A stretch of DNA of 64,000 bases, taken from the IMG/VR virus record IMGVR_UViG_3300029319_000032, positions 165 through 64,164 of that record; one strand, written 5' to 3'. A model generated the notes under the pieces. The model was not told the origin of the DNA and searched no databases. It saw nothing but the letters and a program-made list of their open reading frames with translations. Source of the stretch: a virus. Taxonomy: Duplodnaviria > Caudoviricetes. Position numbers and translations under genes: made by a program. Shown in pieces: positions 38,591-46,561 of this stretch (its first letter is position 1; every line of letters starts with the position of its first letter).

Positions 38591-38888
38591 ACTGCCTCCT
38601 TTGTGTGTTTTGCAATATGTAGGAAATTTGCAAATTCTAAAGCCAATGTCAAGCAAAAAAATAAAAATATTTTAAAAAAGTTTTCATAGTATAAAAAAGC
38701 TCAGATGTCAAGAACTTTTTTTTTCTGGGTGATTTTGCTCCTCTATAAACGCCAGAGAATAGCCCTAGAACGCAATAAAATAAAAAAAAGGTCTTATGGT
38801 ATGCAAAAAATGTTTTGTCGTCTGAAACTTTGTTCAAATATTCCAGAATTTAGAGCTATAAAAAACACGCTGTTTAAACGCTGTTAAG

Positions 38889-38995
38889 TTATCCACAACT
38901 TATCCACATCATACTTATCCACAAGTTATCCACAAAGTTATTAACAAGTTATCCACATAAAAGTTATCCACATTTTATCCACAATTTGTGGAAAA
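38889..38995. repeat. DnaA-box array (7 perfect TTATCCACA plus 2 degenerate boxes)
   Basis: Perfect boxes start at 38889, 38900, 38915, 38926, 38949, 38964 and 38975; TTATTAACA at 38938; inverted TGTGGAAAA at 38987. Confidence 0.9.
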
Positions 38996-39032
38996 CTTCT
39001 AGACGCTGTTTAAACGCTCTGAAAAAAAGGGC

Positions 39033-39067
39033 AAAAAAAAAGGGCTATTTCTAGCCCTCTTTTTTTA
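39033..39067. terminator. Bidirectional intrinsic terminator flanking the DnaA-box array
   Basis: AGGGCTA-TTTC-TAGCCCT flanked by an A-run and a T-run. Confidence 0.75.
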
Positions 39068-39079
39068 GTTGGTCTTGTT

Positions 39080-39556
39080 TTAGAATGTAAAGCCAGCAAC
39101 ATCTTCTGGCATTACCCAACCGCAAGCTGTGTAAATAGATTTCATATTTTGAAAATCTTTTACGATGCTCTGGCTGGTGTGCTTGCCTCCGCCTATGACA
39201 TATTTTTTATCTGGGTCAATTTCTACAAGCTCTGTTGGTGTAGAAATATATGCTTTACCTTTAATCTGTCTTACTCTACAAGTTAAGCCGTAAGTTTCGA
39301 ACAAGCCGTTTAAACGCTCTCTTGTTGTTCGTGTGTTATAACCAGCTAAAGAGAACCAAAGCCCCTTGCTGATTTTATTGAATTGAGCTATCCAATTATT
39401 ATGAAGATACATATCTGATTGTACAGCGTTCTTCTCCATTTTTGAGCCGTTTAATACTGGCATCTCAATAGTTCTCACTTCTACTCTGGTATTATCCATT
39501 TTCATTGGCTTTTGATTTAAAAAAGCCGTTGCTGTTTTTAGTGTTATTTGTCTCAT
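39080..39556 (-). CDS. Hypothetical early protein (LHNNWIA...TRTTRERLN motif)
   Basis: SD GGAGG; coupled to the upstream ORF. Confidence 0.7.
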   Translation of the reverse strand: MRQITLKTATAFLNQKPMKMDNTRVEVRTIEMPVLNGSKMEKNAVQSDMYLHNNWIAQFNKISKGLWFSLAGYNTRTTRERLNGLFETYGLTCRVRQIKGKAYISTPTELVEIDPDKKYVIGGGKHTSQSIVKDFQNMKSIYTACGWVMPEDVAGFTF

Positions 39557-39777
39557 TATTTCACCTCCTGTGCTGTTTGTAATTCCTCTTCTAAATCCCA
39601 GAGCTTTAATAAGTCTGGGCTAATGCCAGCCTCTACTTCTAAAGGCTGTCCAATGGCTAAATCTCCGTTAATACAAATGTCTCTTTGCTCTTCTATTTTC
39701 CATTTTAAATTTTCTATATCTACTTTAATAATTCCTCTTCTGATATAGTCTAATTTTACTTGTCTTGAATAGGTCAT
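39556..39777 (-). CDS. Hypothetical early protein
   Basis: SD GGAGG; coupled. Confidence 0.6.
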   Translation of the reverse strand: MTYSRQVKLDYIRRGIIKVDIENLKWKIEEQRDICINGDLAIGQPLEVEAGISPDLLKLWDLEEELQTAQEVK

Positions 39778-39923
39778 TATTTCGCCTCCTGTCTTCTAGC
39801 TTTCGCTCTGTTTAAACGCTGTTTAATCTTCTTAGCGTCTCTGTTCTCTCTGGCTTGTCTGCCTTGCTCTGCTTGAGCCTCTAAGCCCTTGATTTGTCTC
39901 AAATTTAAGCCTGTATAATTCAT
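39777..39923 (-). CDS. Small basic early protein (48 aa, MNYTGLNLRQIKG...)
   Basis: SD GAGGAGG; TAATG coupling to the next gene; directly downstream of the hammerhead. Confidence 0.6.
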   Translation of the reverse strand: MNYTGLNLRQIKGLEAQAEQGRQARENRDAKKIKQRLNRAKARRQEAK

Positions 39924-39953
39924 AATACCTCCTCAGTATGTTTGTTAATTTAA

Positions 39954-40020
39954 GCCTAAGACTAGAGACGCCGTTTAAACGACGCCCCCAGTTTCGCCCT
40001 TGTGGGCTCGTCAGTTAGGC
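39954..40020 (-). ncRNA. Hammerhead ribozyme (type I)
   Basis: Minus strand reads GCCUAA-CUGACGA-GCCC(ACAA)GGGC-GAAA-stem III-GUC^UUAGGC: full catalytic core with three paired stems. Confidence 0.9.
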
Positions 40021-40857
40021 ATCCTCCCATTTTAGCTCTTCTGTGATGTTGCCGATGGTGTCGTCAAGGTTTTGCTTGCCGTTCACCTTCTCGTTATCAT
40101 TCACTAAACTAAAAAATTTGTCGATGCTAATAATAGCCTTTCCGTATTTTTTGCCTAGTTGAATATGATACTCTCCTTCACCACAGCATAAACAAGTTCT
40201 GCTTGTCATCTGCTCTATTCTCAAACGATTTGTATTAAATCCGTGGTCGCAATCGTTCTCTGTGCCGTGGCATACAACTTTTAAATTTCTATTCGTATCA
40301 CGGCGTAAGCCCTCAAGGTTTACCTGTCTAAGCGGAAATTTTCCGATAGTCTTAATGATGCCGTTTAAACGACGTTTAAGCTCTTCGCCAGCGTATGTAC
40401 TGGTTAGCTTGCCTTCAAGTCCGATGGTTCTCGCCATCTTGTCGAACGCTCCGCCTTTTCTGTGTCCGCTTTTGTTGTCGTCAATAGCGTGAATTAATTC
40501 GTGAGCTAGTGTGTCCAGAACCTCGACGCTGTTATCTTTTCCAGTCGTTGCGATGTTCATCTGAATAATATTCACAACTTCAGCTTTTGGGCTTGGGTTG
40601 TCTGCTGTTCCTCTGGTGTAAGCCGTTGGGTAGCATCTGCCTAGCGTCGTATGTCCGTGGGTCTTATTCGCTGTCTTCATCTCTGAAACATTGATACGGA
40701 TATTTTTCGGAACTTTAAAGCCGTGCGGTCTAAATACTTTGTCGCTTAGCTCTTGCGTCGCTTTTTCGAACCATTGCGTAACTGCTACGTCGTGGTTCAC
40801 TACTTTAAAGCCTCTAATCTTTTTTGCGTTTGGGGTCGCCACCGCTTGTTTATTCAT
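40015..40857 (-). CDS. SprT-like zinc metalloprotease domain protein
   Basis: TLAHELIHA...GH; C-terminal Cys cluster; first gene of the early operon. Confidence 0.65.
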   Translation of the reverse strand: MNKQAVATPNAKKIRGFKVVNHDVAVTQWFEKATQELSDKVFRPHGFKVPKNIRINVSEMKTANKTHGHTTLGRCYPTAYTRGTADNPSPKAEVVNIIQMNIATTGKDNSVEVLDTLAHELIHAIDDNKSGHRKGGAFDKMARTIGLEGKLTSTYAGEELKRRLNGIIKTIGKFPLRQVNLEGLRRDTNRNLKVVCHGTENDCDHGFNTNRLRIEQMTSRTCLCCGEGEYHIQLGKKYGKAIISIDKFFSLVNDNEKVNGKQNLDDTIGNITEELKWEDA

Positions 40858-40920
40858 TTTATTTCCTTTGTTTATGTGTGTTAAAATCATAAGACAATAT
40901 AACATATTTTACACTTTGTG

Positions 40921-41530
40921 CAAATATTTTTTTTTGTCGTCATAAAATCGGCTCAAATCTGGGGCTCTGGCTTAGGCTGTTTAAACCATCCAAGCTTTAA
41001 ATCTGGGGCTGGTAATATAGGTATTTAGGGTATGTTTAAACGCTGTCTATATATATGGGATGGGTCTGGCTTGGGTCTAGATATAGGAACTATATATAAT
41101 TTCAGGCGTATGAAAATGGTCTGTAATATAATAATAATCTGGCGTTTGTCAAGTGATGCTAGCTCTCCGTCGACAAACAAGTTTCTGAAAAGTTGGCTAG
41201 AAAAGAAATAAAAAATAATGCTTGACTTTGTCATATTCTTGTAAGTCTAACAATATCAAGACTTAATAGCAATCTCAACGAACTTCTAGAAATCCTAACT
41301 AGAAAAAGACTGGGGGGGCGATTTAAAAAAAAGAACCTCACAAATACTTGGGCTATTTTTTTAGTTTGTGTTGTGTCTGGAAGTGTTGATATTGCTAGAG
41401 TTACAGGAACGGCTAACTATATAACTATACTAGCTAGTAGGTTTGTATAGTTATCCTAACTAAAGTTAACAAAAAAAACGGCAGATGTCAAGTACAAAGT
41501 AAGCAAGGGTGTAAAAAATATTATAATTTT
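40921..41530. other. Non-coding divergent switch region (candidate genome end/packaging and promoter region)
   Basis: No credible ORF; transcription direction flips; several TTGAC motifs, AAATCTGGGGCT twice, and a G7 run. Confidence 0.45.
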
Positions 41531-41569
41531 TTTCTTGACTTTTTCCAATCTATAGGTTTAAGCTTTAAT

Positions 41570-41713
41570 ATGTTCAAAGAACCAAATGGAGCAGGTAAGG
41601 GCGATAAACCAAGACCTACATCTATATCTAGAAAACAATACGAAGAACGCTGGGATAAAATCTTTAGAAAGGATAAAAAGAATGCCAATAAAAAAACCAA
41701 AAAAACCAACTAA
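41570..41713 (+). CDS. Small protein (47 aa, GKGDKPRP...YEERWDKIF), probably leaderless
   Basis: TTGACT-18-TAAGCT ends 5 nt before the ATG; no SD. Confidence 0.55.
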   Translation: MFKEPNGAGKGDKPRPTSISRKQYEERWDKIFRKDKKNANKKTKKTN

Positions 41714-41903
41714 AAAAGATATTCTATATCATTTAGCCCTCATTAGACAGGATATATTTAGACTACATGAAAAAACAATGTTAATAGAATCAGTCATTAA
41801 TAAATATATTAAAATGAAAAAAGATACAGATAAATTTAATAAATTTTTACAAGACGAAATAAAGGGAGCTAAAGTTGAAAAAACTAAAGAAGATAAAAAA
41901 TAA
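41682..41903 (+). CDS. Hypothetical protein
   Basis: Part of ORF 41586..41903; likely start MPIKK. Confidence 0.55.
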   Translation: MPIKKPKKPTKKDILYHLALIRQDIFRLHEKTMLIESVINKYIKMKKDTDKFNKFLQDEIKGAKVEKTKEDKK

Positions 41904-42216
41904 AACAATGAAGCTACCTATTAACGGTCACGAGTATACGATTCGTTTTATATCTGGTGCTAAAGTAGACCTAGGTTCAAATGAATCAGAAATACTAGGT
42001 GCTATTTCTATGCGTAACTGTGAAATAGTACTAGAACACGAAATGAAAGACAGTAAACTATTAGAAGTATTAATACATGAAGTATTACATGGTATTACAC
42101 ACGGAACTAGTTTAGACATGACTGAAACACAAGTACAAGTATTAGCAAATAGTTTGTACCAACTTGGTTTTGGTGAATATTTATGGAAAAAAGCAGGAGG
42201 AAAATATGATTCCTAA
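41875..42216 (+). CDS. Small HEXXH metallopeptidase-like protein
   Basis: VLIHEVLHG motif. Confidence 0.6.
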   Translation: MKKLKKIKNKTMKLPINGHEYTIRFISGAKVDLGSNESEILGAISMRNCEIVLEHEMKDSKLLEVLIHEVLHGITHGTSLDMTETQVQVLANSLYQLGFGEYLWKKAGGKYDS

Positions 42217-42535
42217 TTACGATGCAATTATTAAAAAAGCAAAAGCACTGTGTGATGATAAGAATACAGACTATGCACAAATAAAAGAACCATTTTCTAA
42301 CTTTGAAATGGTAGAAGCACTGAAGATTTGTGATGCACCGACTGGCATTCTTGTTCGTATCTCTGATAAAATAGCTAGAATCTCTAATCTCTTGAAGAGA
42401 AATGGAGAAAGAGCTATAGATGAAGAAAAGGTAGAAGACACAATGCTTGATTTGATAAATTATAGTATAATATTATTGAGTTATACTATGTACAGTAAAC
42501 AATATGACTCAGAAAACGGAGAACAGAATGATTAA
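42206..42535 (+). CDS. DUF1599/nucleotide-modification-associated (all-alpha NTP-pyrophosphatase-like) protein
   Basis: KNTDY...GILVRISDKIARI...EDTMLDLINY pattern. Confidence 0.65.
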   Translation: MIPNYDAIIKKAKALCDDKNTDYAQIKEPFSNFEMVEALKICDAPTGILVRISDKIARISNLLKRNGERAIDEEKVEDTMLDLINYSIILLSYTMYSKQYDSENGEQND

Positions 42536-43271
42536 TCCAGGTAAAATATTAGAACACAATACAAAAAAAGCTAAAGTAAACCTACATTGTCTTACAGATA
42601 TACACGTAGGGAGTAAAGTCTTTGACAGAAGTCTGTTTTTAAAAGCAGTACAGATGATAGATGAAGACCCAAATGCACTTTGGTTCGGTAATGGTGATAT
42701 GTTAGAGTTTATTCCACCTAATTATCACATACCAGAAGGCGACCAGTTGTTTGATAACAACGAACAATACGCTCAATTTGTTAAAATGATACGACCTATC
42801 ATGGATAAGTGTGTATTTTTACGTGGAGGTAATCATGATACGCTACGTTCTGTTAGATTAGCAGGAATTGACATAATTCGTGTGCTATGTGACGACCTTG
42901 AAGTACCATATTATCCATTTCCAGGGTATGCAGTGATTAATTACAAGCATAATCGCTTCACATTTGCAAGTGGACATGGAAAAAGTGGTGCAAAAAACGG
43001 AGATTTGGAGCTAACAAGGCTTAGAAACATATTTCCTGACGCTGATATGTATTATTTGGGGCATAACCACCAATTATACGCAAAACCAATAGATTCTTTT
43101 GAAATTATGCAAGATAGCGAAGAAGTAAAAAGACAATGGTTCGTGCGTGGGGGTTCTTTTATAGGATATGCTGAATATGCACGCTATGCTATGTTTGAAC
43201 CACAAACAAAAGGATGGGTAGAAGTGCGTTTAAGTGATAAAGACCCAGAATACATCGTACACCGTAAATGA
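42528..43271 (+). CDS. Calcineurin-like metallophosphoesterase
   Basis: DIHVG, GNGD, GNHD and GHNH metal-binding motifs. Confidence 0.8.
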   Translation: MINPGKILEHNTKKAKVNLHCLTDIHVGSKVFDRSLFLKAVQMIDEDPNALWFGNGDMLEFIPPNYHIPEGDQLFDNNEQYAQFVKMIRPIMDKCVFLRGGNHDTLRSVRLAGIDIIRVLCDDLEVPYYPFPGYAVINYKHNRFTFASGHGKSGAKNGDLELTRLRNIFPDADMYYLGHNHQLYAKPIDSFEIMQDSEEVKRQWFVRGGSFIGYAEYARYAMFEPQTKGWVEVRLSDKDPEYIVHRK

Positions 43272-44062
43272 AGAAAAGAACTATAAAAGGTCAGGAGCAC
43301 ATTGTTTATGACAATATCAACGAGCTCAGGCAGGCTATGCCATTACAAGACGTACTAGAAGAGTGGAGGAATGCTCCAGTAGGTTCATGGACTTTAACAG
43401 ATGATGGGCAGGTTTGTGAGGTGTTAGAACGTGGGGTAATCAACAACGAACGATATGTACGCACAGCGATTGGAATGTTTAACTGTGCTCCTACCATAAA
43501 AATGGAAGGCGAGATGCGTGAAAGCATATACAAGTTTAGTGGAAAGAACTCTAATACTGTATTTAAAGAACGTGTCAAGCCAACAAAGCAAGAATTTTTA
43601 TTTGCTAGATATGTTGCTAAAGGCGATGGGATAATAGAGTCGTTTAAACGAGCTTATCCTAAAGCAAAGTCTGAGCAATATATCAAAGAGCAAAGTAGTA
43701 TGTTGTTAAAAACAGAAAGGATACAAACCTTGATTGATAAAGAAATACAGAAAATACTAGATAAGACAGAGATAACGCCAGAATATCTACTATTAAAGAC
43801 AAAAGAGATTGTAGATAATGTTGAAGCAAGAGATAGCGATAAGATTTCGTCGCTAAAGATGCTAATGGAAATATCTGGGTTACTAGGTAAGAAAGAACAA
43901 AAAACTGAATCTATCGCATTGTTTAAGGGTTTTAGCCCTGAACAACTAGCAGCATTGGAAGGGAAAGATGTCAAACAAATCGCAAGCCAAGAAAGAGAAA
44001 TACCTCAACTGCCAGATGTGCGAGAGGAAAGTGAAGATACAGAAGTCGCCGATAACGTATAG
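43268..44062 (+). CDS. terS: Terminase small subunit (putative)
   Basis: KQEFLFARYV...FKRAYP...SSMLLK HTH-like pattern; upstream of terL. Confidence 0.6.
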   Translation: MKKRTIKGQEHIVYDNINELRQAMPLQDVLEEWRNAPVGSWTLTDDGQVCEVLERGVINNERYVRTAIGMFNCAPTIKMEGEMRESIYKFSGKNSNTVFKERVKPTKQEFLFARYVAKGDGIIESFKRAYPKAKSEQYIKEQSSMLLKTERIQTLIDKEIQKILDKTEITPEYLLLKTKEIVDNVEARDSDKISSLKMLMEISGLLGKKEQKTESIALFKGFSPEQLAALEGKDVKQIASQEREIPQLPDVREESEDTEVADNV

Positions 44063-44204
44063 TGACTTTTTGTTAAATACTATCATGAATATCCCTATGG
44101 ATAAGTACATTACTGTTGATTGTGCGTGTCTTTGTATGTATGACGAAGATATGGACTTGATAGGGTTTAGTAAGGAATTTATAGAAAATAATGGAAAAGC
44201 TTAG
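43968..44204 (+). CDS. Hypothetical Cys-containing protein
   Basis: CQMC and CAC; fills the terS-terL gap. Confidence 0.4.
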   Translation: MSNKSQAKKEKYLNCQMCERKVKIQKSPITYSDFLLNTIMNIPMDKYITVDCACLCMYDEDMDLIGFSKEFIENNGKA

Positions 44205-45756
44205 TTTATCTGATAAGGAGGTGCTGTTACATAAAGCATCTAAAGATTTAATACTGTTTGGTAAGTTGTTTTTACCAAATGATTTTTTACATAAATCAGC
44301 TTCCCCTCCTTTTCACTACGACCTTGGTAAAAAATTAATTAGTACAAAACCTGGAGCACGTATTTGTAATGTGCTTCCAAGAGGTTTTGGAAAATCAGTA
44401 TTAATGAAAGCAGCAATCATGCACAAGCTGTGTTTTACACCAGAAGACCAATCTATGTTTATGGCTTGGGTAGCTGAAGAACAAGGTCAGTCTATTGACC
44501 ACGTCAAGTACATACGTTCCCATTTAGAAACAAATCAAGCTATTAGATATTACTTTGGTAATCTATGTGGGGGTGACATAGGCAAGAGATGGACAGAAAA
44601 AGACTTAATTACTACAAAAGGGCATCGTATTATAGCAAAAGGTACTTCACAGCGTCTTAGAGGTCGTGCTGAGGTAGATACACGTTATACAGGTATTATA
44701 CTAGATGACTTTGAGTCAGAGTTAAATACAAAGACTGCTATACGTAGAGATGAGATTAAACAATGGATTGTATCTACAGTATATCCATCGCTAGAAGAAA
44801 GTCCTGGTAAAGAAGGATGGATATGGTTATCTGGTACGATTGTACACTATGATGCATTCTTACAAAACATTGTAGATGGATGGAAAGAATCAGAAAAGAC
44901 AAAAAAGTCTTATCCGTGGGATGTAACCTTCATTCGTGCTATAGAAGATGGTAAAGCAGCATGGGAAGAACAATTTCCATTGTCTAAGTTAAATCAAAAA
45001 AGAAAAGAATACATAGAGGCAGGTAAAGTAGATAAGTTTGCTCAAGAGTATCTAAACGATGCTAGAGATGCTGCGTCTGCGTCATTTAAGATGGATAATA
45101 TACATTATCACAATTATGAGTTTCATACAGATGGACAGTTTACTTATTTAAGAGATGACAAAGAAATGATACCTATTTACACATACATGGGTGTTGACTT
45201 AGCACATACAGCATCTAATACCTCTGACTATCAAGTAATTGTAGTAATGGGTATGGATGCAGACAAAAACAGATATGTTATAGATTACTATCACGATAAG
45301 ATACCAGCATTTGATATGCCAGAAGAAATATTAAAGATGGCTAAGAAATACTCACCAATACGTAGATGTGCTGTAGAAACAGTAGGTGCACAAGAAATGG
45401 TGCGTGATATGCTAGAACGTATGGCACGTAAAGAAAAAAGATTATTACCTGGTATTAACAAAGGAGTAAGACCTCCACATGGTATTAAAAAAGAAGACAG
45501 GTTAGAAATGTCTTTGGGTAGTATTATCAATAGCAAGAAACTATACATTAAAAAAGAACATTCAGAACTAATAGATGAAATCTTTGAGTTTCCTAAAGGA
45601 AAACATGATGACTTGCTAGATGGATTGTATTATGCAGACTTTTTTGCTAAAGCACCTAGAAGTAGAGTAATACAAAATGATGAGTATGAAAGACCAGATG
45701 ATTTTCCAACACAAGCACGTACAAAAATAAATTGGATGACAGGATTAAAAATATGA
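44191..45756 (+). CDS. terL: Terminase large subunit (copy B)
   Basis: Walker A PRGFGKS, Walker B IILDDFE, GTIVH, MGVDLA, HDDLLDGL. Confidence 0.92.
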   Translation: MEKLSLSDKEVLLHKASKDLILFGKLFLPNDFLHKSASPPFHYDLGKKLISTKPGARICNVLPRGFGKSVLMKAAIMHKLCFTPEDQSMFMAWVAEEQGQSIDHVKYIRSHLETNQAIRYYFGNLCGGDIGKRWTEKDLITTKGHRIIAKGTSQRLRGRAEVDTRYTGIILDDFESELNTKTAIRRDEIKQWIVSTVYPSLEESPGKEGWIWLSGTIVHYDAFLQNIVDGWKESEKTKKSYPWDVTFIRAIEDGKAAWEEQFPLSKLNQKRKEYIEAGKVDKFAQEYLNDARDAASASFKMDNIHYHNYEFHTDGQFTYLRDDKEMIPIYTYMGVDLAHTASNTSDYQVIVVMGMDADKNRYVIDYYHDKIPAFDMPEEILKMAKKYSPIRRCAVETVGAQEMVRDMLERMARKEKRLLPGINKGVRPPHGIKKEDRLEMSLGSIINSKKLYIKKEHSELIDEIFEFPKGKHDDLLDGLYYADFFAKAPRSRVIQNDEYERPDDFPTQARTKINWMTGLKI

Positions 45757-46325
45757 GAAATCGCCTAAAAGGCTGTTTTAAATTAAACAGGGTTATGGTA
45801 TCTGATTATACATTAGAACAATACATTGACTACTTAAAAAGGGTAGAAGGTTACGCAAATAAAGTAGGGGAAAAGTTTTATCCGTACGACTCACCTGAAG
45901 GTGGGTTAAAAACTATTGGGTACGGCTACAAGCTAAAAACGCTTGAAGAACAAAATACTTATGAGAAAACAGGTATGAGCGAAAGAGAGGTAGAAGACCT
46001 CTTGTTGCATGAAGCACAACTATCTGTTGTAAAAGCTAAAAACTTCTGTGTAAGCAGAAATAGAAAATGGTCTGATGTGGATGATAGGCTGAAATATGCC
46101 TTAGCTGATTACTGTTTTAACTTAGGGGGGCTAAAAAAGTTCCCAACTACTGCAAAATTTTTAATGCATAACAATGTAGATGGTGCATTGGAAGACGACC
46201 CAGGAAGACCTGGGTTCAAGCAGTATGAAAGAGTATTTAGAGACCCAGAGGGCAAAAGAAGAAGGTTAGGTAGAAACAAAGAGTTCTACAAAGAATTTTT
46301 ACAACCGTATACGGAGCAGGCATGA
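45753..46325 (+). CDS. T4-type (GH24) lysozyme
   Basis: EG...YPYDSPEGGLKTIGYG and DYCFNLG; start codon uncertain. Confidence 0.75.
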   Translation: MRNRLKGCFKLNRVMVSDYTLEQYIDYLKRVEGYANKVGEKFYPYDSPEGGLKTIGYGYKLKTLEEQNTYEKTGMSEREVEDLLLHEAQLSVVKAKNFCVSRNRKWSDVDDRLKYALADYCFNLGGLKKFPTTAKFLMHNNVDGALEDDPGRPGFKQYERVFRDPEGKRRRLGRNKEFYKEFLQPYTEQA

Positions 46326-46561
46326 AAATAGATACACAAGGTTTAGGAAGAAGACTTTACAACTTTGGCAAAAAGACCAAAGATAAGACAAAAGGATTTA
46401 TGAAAAGATTTACTGTTGAAGCAGAAAATTTAAGAAGAGCAGAATATAATGCTCAAAGAGATGCAGGGAAAGTAGATTATTTACCAACTAGAGGTCTAAT
46501 GAAAGAGCAAAAAGCTATTAAGAAAGATAGAAAACGCAGACAACAAATGAAGGTAAGATAA
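46322..46561 (+). CDS. Small basic hypothetical protein
   Basis: Coupled to the lysozyme and portal genes. Confidence 0.5.
   Translation: MKIDTQGLGRRLYNFGKKTKDKTKGFMKRFTVEAENLRRAEYNAQRDAGKVDYLPTRGLMKEQKAIKKDRKRRQQMKVR

Larger units (their letters stand above)
27297..41041. repeat. Dispersed palindromic repeat (C)GTTTAAAC(G), ~24 copies
   Basis: Counted by eye; positions are listed in the findings. Confidence 0.85.

Noticed and set aside
38649-38887. ORFs 38649..38837 and 38705..38887 (also 41025..41234)
   Set aside because: Low-complexity translations of A/T-run regulatory DNA.
38889-38995. CRISPR array
   Set aside because: Repeats are 9 bp with 2-6 bp gaps and match DnaA boxes; there are no spacers or cas operon. 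The Cas4-like nuclease is in a recombination context.
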